A DNA stretch of 64,000 bases from an uncultured Planctomycetota bacterium (GTDB taxonomy: Bacteria; Planctomycetota; Planctomycetia; Isosphaerales; Isosphaeraceae), in contig CAWGMQ010000007.1 of the NCBI GenBank assembly GCA_963823665.1, forward strand, positions 96,001 through 160,000, written 5' to 3'. Every line of letters starts with the position of its first letter. Position 1 is the first letter of the stretch. Below, in pieces: positions 45,763 to 54,826 of this stretch. The translations under genes and the position numbers were made by a program. The notes beneath the pieces were generated by a model that saw only the letters and a program-made list of their open reading frames with translations, did not search any database and was not told the origin of the DNA.

Positions 45763-45798
45763 TCCTAATCCTAATCCTAATCCTAATCTCAATCCTGC
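45763..45798 (+). repeat. Hexanucleotide tandem repeat (TCCTAA)4 plus degenerate units
   Basis: TCCTAA TCCTAA TCCTAA TCCTAA TCTCAA TCCTGC. Confidence 0.9.
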
Positions 45799-45840
45799 TC
45801 TCATCCCTCACTTTCAACTCGCACCGTGACGAGCGAGTTC

Positions 45841-45893
45841 GTTCGTTTTGTACATTCGACGCGCGGCCTTTCCCCGCAAGGATTAAGGGAACG
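45841..45893 (+). repeat. 53-bp dispersed repeat, copy 1
   Basis: 46/53 identical to 47167..47219; contains CCTT-N7-AAGG. Confidence 0.8.
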
Positions 45894-46266
45894 AACCCCT
45901 CCGCCCCAGCCTGACGATCTCGAGCGCGCACGAATGGATGCGAAACGTCTAACAAGCCAGATTCAGCCTGACGATCTGCCCGCGCCGGCGCGATCGAAAA
46001 GGGAGCTCCGGCGACCGCGAAGACCCGGCTGATCGTCTCAAACGGACGCCACGACAGTGGCGTCCTCCGTAACGCGAAAGTCGACTTGGGTTTTCGACAT
46101 CTTGGAGGGCCTATCTCTGGTGGTAATATTTGGTAATTAATGGTAACCCACGCGAGAGAATCTCGTTTCTCTCGCCGTCTCTCCGTCCAGTCCAGCCGGG
46201 CGTTCTTGCCCCGTTTGACGACATTGCAACATGCACTCCGATGTGCCCTGGACCGATGGGTTGCAG

Positions 46267-46451
46267 GGCGTGGTTCAAGCGCGGGTAACACTCCTCGACG
46301 CCATTCGAGGCGCAACCGGCCCGCCGGTCCCTTCGTAGGGTGGGTGTAACCCACCATCCCATATCGTATTACGACCGGTGGGTTGCACGCACCCTACGTA
46401 CTGCCGCTCATTAACGGTGTTACCTTAGCGTCGCGTCCGTTGAACCACGCC
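46267..46451. repeat. REPIN/MITE-like nested inverted repeat around a GTAG REP pair (family 2)
   Basis: Outer IR GGCGTGGTTCAA/TTGAACCACGCC, inner IR GGTAACAC/GTGTTACC, central REPs at 46335..46355 and 46377..46397 in opposite orientation. Confidence 0.75.
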
Positions 46452-46861
46452 GCAATTCGGCCCACTTTTCAGCAGCCCAGGAGCGGCGTGCAGGCGAATC
46501 GCTGCCCACGCACTTTCTCCCTATCTATATATGCGCCGGTCTTCGGAATTGGCCATTTCTCAATCGCACTTTCGATCTCTGTGAAAAAGCGCAAGTTCAA
46601 TCATTATAAGTGATTAACTTTCGAACATTTTCATACAGATATGCCCGTTCAATAAGCTTTGAAAAGTCCACCCTCACCCTGTGCGACGTGCCGCCCCGGG
46701 GGGCGGTTGGAGGCGGCGCCGGCAGGCGGCTAGCTGCGGAGCCCAGCGGCATTCTCGTCGCCTATTGCGAACTGGACGACTGCGGGGTGGCCAAGCTGAA
46801 GGCTAGCGCCGCTCTGTTCTGTAACGCGCGATCGTCCCCGCATGGCGGCAACAATGCCACC

Positions 46862-46882
46862 GTAGGGTGGGTGCAACCCACC
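46862..46882 (+). repeat. GTAG REP, family 2, single copy
   Basis: GTAGGGTGGGTGCAACCCACC. Confidence 0.8.
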
Positions 46883-47166
46883 AGATCCTCAAGGTCTGAT
46901 GAGACAAAATGAGCCGAAATGAGACGAAATCAAGAAAATCAGTCTCACTCCCAATCGCCGTTCTCCTCCCATATCAAGGCATTACGCCGAATCGTCCGAT
47001 CAATTTCGATGGCAACCGTCCCACGTACAGAAAACACTGCTTCTTCCTCCCGTTTCCTCACACAGCCGCCAGGGCACGCCAAGCCGATGAAGGCGTTCCT
47101 CCCCAGTCCAGCCCCGCGTGCTCGCCCCCGTTTGACGACACCGCGACGCCGCTGAACCATGCCTAA

Positions 47167-47219
47167 GTTCGTTTTGTAGATTCGTCGCGCGTCCTTACGC
47201 CACAAGGGTTAAGGGAACG
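47167..47219 (+). repeat. 53-bp dispersed repeat, copy 2
   Basis: See 45841..45893. Confidence 0.8.
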
Positions 47220-47640
47220 CGACAAGTCACCCGCCGGTCGACTCAAGTCTGGCACTGGCTGAACCTCCCCTCGCTGATCACTTGCCCCGCACATCAATTC
47301 CGGCGCGTATTCTTGTGTTTCTCGCTCCACCCGTGTCTCTCCGCCCAGCCCGCACCGCCACACGGCCAAAACCGGCGCGGAAAGCCCGTTGAAGCAACCT
47401 CGGTTAAACATAGTGAACAAGACCCCCGACCGACCGTGGCGCTTTGGTACGTCCCGCGCCACGGTGGCGTCGAACACCCGGAAAGCCCGCCGGCAAATTC
47501 CGATCCTCCTGTGCCACTTCGACATGTGGCACGCGCTTTCCGCCCTTGGACACCCGCTGCCCCCCTCCAATCGTGGCGCAAAGTGGCGCGTTTTCGTGGG
47601 TCCTCCAGCATCTGTACAGTAGTGTAAACCCCCGCTCGAA

Positions 47641-47661
47641 GTAGGGTGGGTGTAACCCACC
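47641..47661 (+). repeat. GTAG REP, family 2, single copy
   Basis: GTAGGGTGGGTGTAACCCACC, identical to 46335..46355. Confidence 0.8.
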
Positions 47662-47798
47662 GGCTCAAGGAAGGGTGTGATCCCGACAAGTTGTCCGCTC
47701 CGGCCATCAACACCGCGCATGCTCCAGCGCGAAGGTTTGGAGTGATCATGTTTCAAGGCCATCCAGCTCCCTTTGACATGAAAAATGACGGTACTCTT

Positions 47799-47928
47799 GG
47801 CCTCTACCCTAGATGATCTACAAACGCCCCGATCCGTTTGCGCAAAAGATGTGGTATTCGTCCAATTCGAGCGAAATTTCTCCTCCCTCCGCCCTCGGCC
47901 TCTACCCCAAATGATCTACAAAACGCCC
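47799..47928 (+). repeat. Pair of roughly 31-bp direct repeats
   Basis: GGCCTCTACCCTAGATGATCTACAAACGCCC at 47799 and GGCCTCTACCCCAAATGATCTACAAAACGCCC at 47897. Confidence 0.75.
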
Positions 47929-48661
47929 GTCCCAGTTTCCAAAAAGATGTCGATGTCGAATGAGCGCAATGCGGCTCACGGACCCCACACTTCGTGCGGG
48001 GGCATCGCTCCCCCCGATGTCGGCGAACTCGCGCCAGCGTTCGTCGCCCCGGTTGAGCGATCAAACGCGCGAAAGTTGCCACGAAGCCCGACGTGTCCTC
48101 AATGCCAAGACGACCCCACTTCCAAACAACATTCCAACAATGGTCTTCTGGATGAGGTACCTTCCCTGATAACCGAAAACAAGAGACGGCGTGACTGAAA
48201 CGAGCTGTAACTGCTCGTGACTTGAAATGAAGATCTCGGAGCAGCTTCACATCTTGGTAATTGTGGCCCGCGACTGCTGGCGTCAGAAAAGCGGGATTGG
48301 CGACTACGGCGCTGAAACTACCGCCGCCGCCCGGCCCTTGAAGATAGCGACTTACCGCCCGGCCTCTTGCATGCCATGCAATCTCGTCGCCGATCGACTT
48401 TTCGACCTAAACCTCATGCCAGGCCTTATTTTCTAGCATTTCGCTGCAAAATACAACGCCCTATATTGGGCGTCATTATCATGCATCACAAGGGGGTAAT
48501 TGAGCGCAAGGGGGTAGTAAAGGGGTAGTGAAAATCGCGGGCTTTTCGACGGCAAGCGGTCGCCTCTTTGCTAAGGTTCGCGCGCTCGCTTGGCGCTTGG
48601 AATGCCGATCCTCCTGGCGATGCGAGAGGGACGATTCCAGGGCGGCTGGATGGGCTGTGAA

Positions 48662-49600
48662 TCAACGGTTGATCTTCAGGTTCGGAAGAGCTTGCTGAAG
48701 TTGCTTCAGTCCCGCGTCGGTGACCTGAGTATTGGCGAGCTCAAGCGATGAGAGTTTGGTCAGGCCCTTCAGATGCGCCAGCCCGACGTCGGTGACTCGT
48801 ATATTGCCGCCGAGGTCGAGGATGGACAGGCCGGTCAGCCCCTTCAGATGGACCAGTCCAGCGTCAGAGACGTTGGTGTTACTGAGGTTGAGGTCGGAGA
48901 GTTTGGGCAGCCAGTACAGGTACCACAGACCGGAATCCGTGAAGAAAGTACCGGAAAGGTCGAGCGCAATGAGTTTGAACTGTCCGTTCAGATGCGCCAG
49001 CCCGGCGTCGGTGACTCGAGTGTGCGAAAGGCGGAGCCGTGCAAGATGGGGTAGTCCCGCCAGATGCACAAACCCGGCGTCGGTGACTTGCGTACTGCCG
49101 AGGTCGAGGACGGTAAGTTTAGTCAGCCCATTCAGATTAACCAGATCGGCGTCGGTGACTTTTGTGCCGATCAAGGAGAGGACGGCGAGGTTTGTCAGCC
49201 CCTTCAGACGCGCCAGACCGGAGTAGTCAAGCGACGATGTCAGGAGATTCAGACGCTCGAGCCGGGTGAGACGTTCGACTTGTGCGTACGTTGTGCCACT
49301 GCCGGTTTGGGAGAGCGAGACCGAGGTAACGTGACCGAAGTAGTCGACTCCAATGAGATTCACGAGCCACGTCGGCGCCCAAGGATTCCCTGCCGGAACC
49401 ATCGTCCCGTTGCTGTACTCCCAGTTACACATGACCGTGCCCCCGGCCTTCTCAATCGCTTCCACCGCCTCGCGCTGAATCCGTGCCCCCCGGACAATCC
49501 AGCCAAGCCATCCACCCACCAGCAACACAACGACAATCATCCCCCGCACGCTGAAGCGAGGGAATCTTCGCCAGGGACGTGAGACCGGCTTTGCCAGCAT
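48662..49600 (-). CDS. Membrane-anchored leucine-rich repeat protein
   Basis: 'RPWRRFPRFSVRGMIVVVLLVGGWLGW', then about eight 24-aa LRRs 'TxVTDAGLxHLxGL'. Confidence 0.9.
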   Translation of the reverse strand: MLAKPVSRPWRRFPRFSVRGMIVVVLLVGGWLGWIVRGARIQREAVEAIEKAGGTVMCNWEYSNGTMVPAGNPWAPTWLVNLIGVDYFGHVTSVSLSQTGSGTTYAQVERLTRLERLNLLTSSLDYSGLARLKGLTNLAVLSLIGTKVTDADLVNLNGLTKLTVLDLGSTQVTDAGFVHLAGLPHLARLRLSHTRVTDAGLAHLNGQFKLIALDLSGTFFTDSGLWYLYWLPKLSDLNLSNTNVSDAGLVHLKGLTGLSILDLGGNIRVTDVGLAHLKGLTKLSSLELANTQVTDAGLKQLQQALPNLKINR

Positions 49601-49741
49601 GGTGCCTGCTCCCGGGGATTGGGAATTGTTCACGCTCCGAGTCAGGTCGTACCAGGAAGCAGCCGAGAATTGACCGACGTTGATCGTAATCGCGCCGCCG
49701 CACCATCCTTGGACGCCTTCGACGCCCCCCACATCGAGGTC

Positions 49742-49930
49742 CTATCGATGCGCCCGATCGCGACGCTCCTTCCACGCACCGCCTTTGAGCATCATGCACA
49801 CCCACTGTCGGGAGATTCCGAACCGCGCTTGGAGCTGGGAGCGGGACGCGCCGGACGCTCGCAGCTCGCGGATTTGGCGAACCTTCTCCCAGGTGAGTTT
49901 CGGGCGGCGAGGTTTGCGAGGCATCTCCAT
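49742..49930 (-). CDS. Small helix-turn-helix protein
   Basis: 'KLTWEKVRQIRELRASGASRSQLQARFGISRQWV...W' resembles HTH modules of phage/HNH-associated proteins. Confidence 0.55.
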   Translation of the reverse strand: MEMPRKPRRPKLTWEKVRQIRELRASGASRSQLQARFGISRQWVCMMLKGGAWKERRDRAHR

Positions 49931-50331
49931 AATGCGACCTCGGGGCTCTGCTTGCACCATTTCCGACCGCAGGTCACCGCGCCCGAGGTCGGGACTTGCG
50001 ATGATATGGTCGGCCAGTCAAACTGAACACCGTCCGGCAATGGAGCCAGGCGGAGTCAAACGATGGACTGCGCTGCAGACGTTGAAGCCACTTCGCTGTT
50101 CCGGCGACTCGCGGGCGCCCATCCCAGCGTCGAAGTCTGGCCGGACGAGGAGTTTACTGAGGGTGGCTAGTCCTACGCTTCGATCGTCTCGCGGTTTGAC
50201 GGAAACGTCCGCATTCTGGCCTATGTGAGGCTTCGGCCCGGTCAACTCCAACGTCGCACGTATGACGAGGCGGGCGATGACCTCTGGGTCGCTTCCGAAT
50301 GACGTCTAACTTCACGCTGCCATAAACTTCC

Positions 50332-50550
50332 ATGTACCGCATCAGCCGCAACGGACAAGAGCCCATCATCGACGTCGATACCGTCGAGGATAACGAGCCT
50401 GCGGTCCGCGATTTGAAAGCTGTCAGATACGACGTGGACGAAATCAGTGCCGACCCGTTGCCGAGTGGTCATACTTCAAGACGATGGGGAGTCGTGATCA
50501 AGTGGCGCGATGGGGCGGTCTTCCTTGAGCGCGATCCGTGGAAAGCGTGA
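50332..50550 (+). CDS. Small hypothetical protein
   Basis: 72 aa with a coding-like codon pattern; 'RYDVDEISADPLPSGHTSRRWG'. Confidence 0.55.
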   Translation: MYRISRNGQEPIIDVDTVEDNEPAVRDLKAVRYDVDEISADPLPSGHTSRRWGVVIKWRDGAVFLERDPWKA

Positions 50551-50596
50551 AGGATTGCCGTATATCTCAGACGAGTAAGTGACGGAGATCAGCAAC

Positions 50597-51697
50597 ATGG
50601 ACCGTGATGAAGCTCTCGAGTTGCTCAAGGATGGAGCGCAAGGCATCGCCGAGTGGAATCGACGGCGCGTGTCAGGTGAGGAAATCCCTGAACTCAAAAA
50701 GGCTGATCTCACGGGCGCCGACCTCAGCAGCGCCAACCTCAACCGCGCCAACCTCAACGACGCCGACCTCATCGGCGCCAACCTCATTGGCGCCAACCTC
50801 ATCGACGCCAACCTCGGCTACGCCAACCTCAGCTTCGCCACACTCAAAGGCGCCAACCTCGGCTTCGCCAACCTCAACGGCGCCGAACTCAGCTTCGCCG
50901 ACCTCAGCGGCGCCTTTCTCATGCATGCCAAGTTTGCCGCCGCCGCATTCTTCGGCGCCAACGTCGAACACGCGAATTGCGGCTCGACGGTCTTCGCAAA
51001 CGTAAATCTTTCCAATACAAAGGGCCTCGAATCAGTTAGGCACGACTCTCCGAGCACACTCGGGGTCGACACGATTTTCCGCTCGAAGGGGACAACTCCC
51101 GAACCATTCCTCCACGGCTGCGGCGTGCCCGAAGCATTGATCGCATACTTGCCCGCCTTGATCAGCTCGATGGAGCCAATCCAGTTTTACTCGTGCTTCA
51201 TCAGTTACAGCACCGCCGATGAAGAATTCGCCACGCGCCTTCACAATGATTTTCAAGCGGCTGGCATCCGCTGCTGGAAATGGGATCACGATGCCCGGAC
51301 TGGTCGAAGCCTCTGGGGCGAGATAGACCAAGCGATTCGCGTGTACGACAAACTCGTACTGATCGCGAGCGAGTCTTCTCTCAAGAGTCCAGCGGTCAAC
51401 CGTGAAATAGAGCGGGCGATCGTCCAGGAAGACGAGCGGCTGAAACGCAATGAGAAAGGCGAGAAGCAAGTCGACGCCGATGTGCTGTTCCCAGTAACGC
51501 TTGACGCTTACATATTCACCAAATGGAATCACGAGCGAAAGGTCGATGTCACGAAGAAAGTCATAGCAGATGCGAAGGGGTGGGACTCTGACGCGAGGAT
51601 TTACGCCAAGGTGCGAGACAAACTGATCCGCGACCTCAAGGCGGAGGCGTCGGCCGCCTCACCCACCCGAACTAGCGGGCGGAAAAAACCACGTTGA
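50597..51697 (+). CDS. Pentapeptide-repeat plus TIR domain protein
   Basis: A(N/D)Lxx repeats, then 'FYSCFISYS..DEEFA.RLH.D', 'IDQAIRVYDKLVLI.SE.SL.S..VNREI'. Confidence 0.9.
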   Translation: MDRDEALELLKDGAQGIAEWNRRRVSGEEIPELKKADLTGADLSSANLNRANLNDADLIGANLIGANLIDANLGYANLSFATLKGANLGFANLNGAELSFADLSGAFLMHAKFAAAAFFGANVEHANCGSTVFANVNLSNTKGLESVRHDSPSTLGVDTIFRSKGTTPEPFLHGCGVPEALIAYLPALISSMEPIQFYSCFISYSTADEEFATRLHNDFQAAGIRCWKWDHDARTGRSLWGEIDQAIRVYDKLVLIASESSLKSPAVNREIERAIVQEDERLKRNEKGEKQVDADVLFPVTLDAYIFTKWNHERKVDVTKKVIADAKGWDSDARIYAKVRDKLIRDLKAEASAASPTRTSGRKKPR

Positions 51698-51834
51698 GCA
51701 CCGTCGTCAGCCGCACAATCGCTCGGGCGCCGAGGCATCCTTCGACGCTTCGAGCTTCGCCGATCGGGCCGTTTTCAGTTTCGGGAAGAGCACAGCTCAG
51801 CACTGTCGCGCTCGCGGGTAGGTCCGCGAATATG

Positions 51835-52281
51835 TCAGCGCGAAGACTTCCCGGTGATAAAGTTGTATTGAGGTTTGAGATTCGTAGCAACGCCGGATCT
51901 TCTCGATGTATCATTCATGAACTCGTTGAAGTCATCAAATATCGCCGTCGCCGTCTCTACCGCTGCCTGCGCGGCCTTTCTCTTTTCAATGTCTGCCCTT
52001 CGCAAGTCGTAGTCCGCCTTTAATCGATCACCGTGGAGATCCCCAAGGATGCCGCCCGCGGTCTGCAACGCCTCATCTCCGCATTGCTGCAACATCCTTA
52101 CGACTTGGTTGTGCGCAAGTGAATTCTTCGCCGGGGGAAACCCGAGCTCGTCCAGAGTCTGAGCGGCGAAGTTGAACGCCGCGTAATAGGCGCGCCCGAC
52201 TGCCGCGCGAAAGTGCGCTGCCCCCGCATTCTGGGTTAAGACTAGCGCCTTGGCGAGGTCGAGAAAATCTCGGGAGTCCAT
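51835..52281 (-). CDS. HEPN domain protein
   Basis: 'FLDLAKAL', 'RAAVGRAYYAAF', 'AHNQV', R-X4-Y motif 'RLKADY'. Confidence 0.85.
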   Translation of the reverse strand: MDSRDFLDLAKALVLTQNAGAAHFRAAVGRAYYAAFNFAAQTLDELGFPPAKNSLAHNQVVRMLQQCGDEALQTAGGILGDLHGDRLKADYDLRRADIEKRKAAQAAVETATAIFDDFNEFMNDTSRRSGVATNLKPQYNFITGKSSR

Positions 52282-52282
52282 C

Positions 52283-52873
52283 TCATATTATGTCATAATG
52301 AAGTTTTATGAGCCCCCGGTGCGTGCCGAGTAATTTCGCCGTCTCGCGGGCGAATTCTCTGTGCGACGCGACGTTGTCGCGCACCGTACCCCTGACCTGG
52401 ATTTCAATCACCAAATACGAAGCGTGATGAACCTCCGGGTCGTGTACCAGCGTGACGGACGGGCTTCCAACGATCGAGAAGTGCTTCCTCGCCGAATCGA
52501 TGGCTACACCCAATTCAGACGACATCCCATTCAAAAGGCAGAATCTGAGGGCCTCGCCCGAAGTGCGCGTGGCGGCAAGCCCCGACTCCGTTCGAGACGC
52601 GAATTCCTCTCGCGCCGACAGCTTACGAACCAGATCCAACCAAATGGACCAATAACGAACAGCAAGCAATCGTTGATCAACTATTGCTCGTGCGTCAACT
52701 ATCGAAACGTCAGATCCAAACTCACCCAAAGCGCGATAGACATCGGCCTCGACCTTGGTGTTCTCGAACCTCGATGTCACTGAAGTGCCATTCTGGTAGC
52801 TTAGCTCAGGAAATGTACCTGGATCGCGAGGCGAACCCGCAACTGGGAATTCGGCTAGCGGGTTGTCCATCAT
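52283..52873 (-). CDS. Hypothetical protein, putative HEPN antitoxin/partner
   Basis: 196 aa, 1 nt from the HEPN start; C-terminal alpha/beta domain 'ARKHF...VTLVHDPE...YLVIEI'. Confidence 0.6.
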   Translation of the reverse strand: MMDNPLAEFPVAGSPRDPGTFPELSYQNGTSVTSRFENTKVEADVYRALGEFGSDVSIVDARAIVDQRLLAVRYWSIWLDLVRKLSAREEFASRTESGLAATRTSGEALRFCLLNGMSSELGVAIDSARKHFSIVGSPSVTLVHDPEVHHASYLVIEIQVRGTVRDNVASHREFARETAKLLGTHRGLIKLHYDII

Positions 52874-53568
52874 CGAACCACCTCGACTTCCAATCGTTGA
52901 AGCACGTGGAGAAAATCCTGATATGACTCACCGATCCCTTCGAGGAAAGCTACCATATCGCCAACCGACGAGAGCTTACGTTCATAATTCGCATTCACGT
53001 GACCCTTTCCGGCTGAATCTTTTGGCTTGACGATTTGGAACTCCACGCGATATTGTCCGCTCCGAAAGGTGATTTGCGCGCCAATGCGCAGCTCGTCGCG
53101 CCCTCCCGTCCATACTTGAATCGTCTCCCGGCCGACTCCTAGACGAGCATCGAACGCCAATTCGTCCTCATTCGAGCCAAATTCAATCATTCCATTGAAA
53201 TTGACTCCGCAATCCTGAAGCGGCGTATACTTCAACAAATCGCCGAAGTATCGCCGCGTTATCTTTCCGATGGTCGTCCCCGCCGGGTCATTAAAATAGC
53301 CGTTGTCTACGACCTGAAATCGCTGTCCGTCAACGGTTATCGAGACCGGACCATACCGGATGGACGACACCACGGGGGTTGAAATGAACTCCGAGAACGG
53401 AGACTCTCCGGACGCTGGAGCTCCGCTGCAGCTTCCGAGTAGTTTCAAAAAGGGCTCATCGTCCAGAGGCAGAACGCTGTTCTGGATCAAAAAATCATGG
53501 TTCAAGATTTGCGGATTATGCTTACCAATCAGGACGATGCTAGCGTACTGTCCTTTGAAGGTTGCCAT
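52870..53568 (-). CDS. Hypothetical protein (possibly TIGR04255-like)
   Basis: 232 aa, 'SIVLIGKHNPQIL...FL', 'YTPLQDCGVNF'; ATGA overlap with the next gene. The family guess is tentative. Confidence 0.6.
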   Translation of the reverse strand: MATFKGQYASIVLIGKHNPQILNHDFLIQNSVLPLDDEPFLKLLGSCSGAPASGESPFSEFISTPVVSSIRYGPVSITVDGQRFQVVDNGYFNDPAGTTIGKITRRYFGDLLKYTPLQDCGVNFNGMIEFGSNEDELAFDARLGVGRETIQVWTGGRDELRIGAQITFRSGQYRVEFQIVKPKDSAGKGHVNANYERKLSSVGDMVAFLEGIGESYQDFLHVLQRLEVEVVR

Positions 53569-54056
53569 TGCAGCCTATGGTTCCTTCAGAACGCCGGCAT
53601 TCCGACTTGCAAGGCGGCAATTGCCGGGAAGACCTCCGCTCAGGGCGGATACTATGCTGCCATGACTATCAGATCCCAGGCATAAGGTCAATAACTCCCA
53701 GCATTTATAGGTTCAGACACCGATGCCGCGGGAATTGCTCCCGCGCCAACCTCGACGGATTCCTGCCCGTATCGAAGCCCATCCTCGAACCGATGGGCGC
53801 TAGAACCGCACAGTTCGATCGCGCCGTATTGCCGTTCTTGCGAGCTCGCTGGCCGTGACCTGGAGCGTGAAATCCCGAGGCCTGATCGACGCAATCGATA
53901 TATCAACGTCGTGCTGATGACCAATCGCGCCGTCGGTAGGCTTCGGCGTCTTGAGGTGACCACGAGACGTTTTTCGTGCCAACTTCGTGGGCCAGAGGAG
54001 CGTGACAGGGATTCGCGGTTTACTTTGCGTGTTCAACACTCTGCGGGCTGCGTCGA

Positions 54057-54794
54057 TCAGCGAATTGAACCGTCAGCATTGATGTGATCCGCATGCGACA
54101 CGTAAATGGCCCCCGACTCACTTGCTTCATAATCGAATCCGCACAGGCCGCTGTCGGTTCCATTCGGCGTGAAGTTCCTCGGGATTGCGTAAACGGCACT
54201 GCCGCTTATGCCGCCAAAACTCGTCAGTGGTCGCTGACCCTCGGGCACGAACAACTCCACATCTCGATCTTCGTCTACGAGTACGAAATGACGATCGCTC
54301 ACTGAAACAACCGGAAGACCGATCGAGATTGGACTAGCGCCCAACACGCCGCTTTCTGGCATCCTGCCTTCTCCGGGGTATCCGTACAGGACCGCCATCA
54401 TCCCCGCCTCGGGACGACGCGGTGGCCACGAGTCGGCGATCGACCACATCTTTCCTTGTCGCAATACACGCAGCGAGGGTATGTGAAGAACCGCTAGGTC
54501 AAGCTCCTTGTCGAGTCCAAGGACTTCTGCTTCAGAGATATCGAGGAAGCGTGATCCATGAGTACCGGATATGACCATTTTGGCGTCATGTGCGCTCGCG
54601 CGATATGATAGGAATCTCTCATAGAAATGCTCGTTCGTAACCAACAGCTCCTTCTGTCCGGTATGTACGAGCGAGCCTGTGGCGTTTGTAAGGATGTCTT
54701 CGGCCGTCGGATCTGGCTTTGTCGTGATCGCGAGCATGACCGTGAAGTGGTCGAGGTATTTCTCGATCAACTGCGCGAACTCATGAGCCGTCAT
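54057..54794 (-). CDS. Trypsin-like serine protease, no signal peptide (alternative GTG start at 54830)
   Basis: Triad motifs 'LVTNEH', 'DLAVL', 'GGISGSAV', plus 'YGYP'. Confidence 0.75.
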   Translation of the reverse strand: MTAHEFAQLIEKYLDHFTVMLAITTKPDPTAEDILTNATGSLVHTGQKELLVTNEHFYERFLSYRASAHDAKMVISGTHGSRFLDISEAEVLGLDKELDLAVLHIPSLRVLRQGKMWSIADSWPPRRPEAGMMAVLYGYPGEGRMPESGVLGASPISIGLPVVSVSDRHFVLVDEDRDVELFVPEGQRPLTSFGGISGSAVYAIPRNFTPNGTDSGLCGFDYEASESGAIYVSHADHINADGSIR

Positions 54795-54826
54795 GCTGTT
54801 GCCTCGCGCGAGAGGTCGCGATCTGG

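Noticed and set aside
44098..45804. 568-aa HEAT-MlaE fusion
   Set aside because: Produced by a frameshift near 45305 that joins two separate genes.
45638..48436. ORFs in the repeat-rich intergenic stretch
   Set aside because: They translate REP sequences (e.g. 'VGYTHPT'), lack motifs and show no coding-like bias.
48700..49270. 72-bp periodic DNA repeats
   Set aside because: Explained by the 24-aa LRR units.
50700..50960. 15-bp periodic DNA repeats (GCCAACCTC...)
   Set aside because: Explained by the pentapeptide-repeat coding sequence.
53600..54050. Possible gene remnant between the protease and the HEPN operon ('QFDRAVLPFLRARWP')
   Set aside because: Too short and interrupted to assign without a search.
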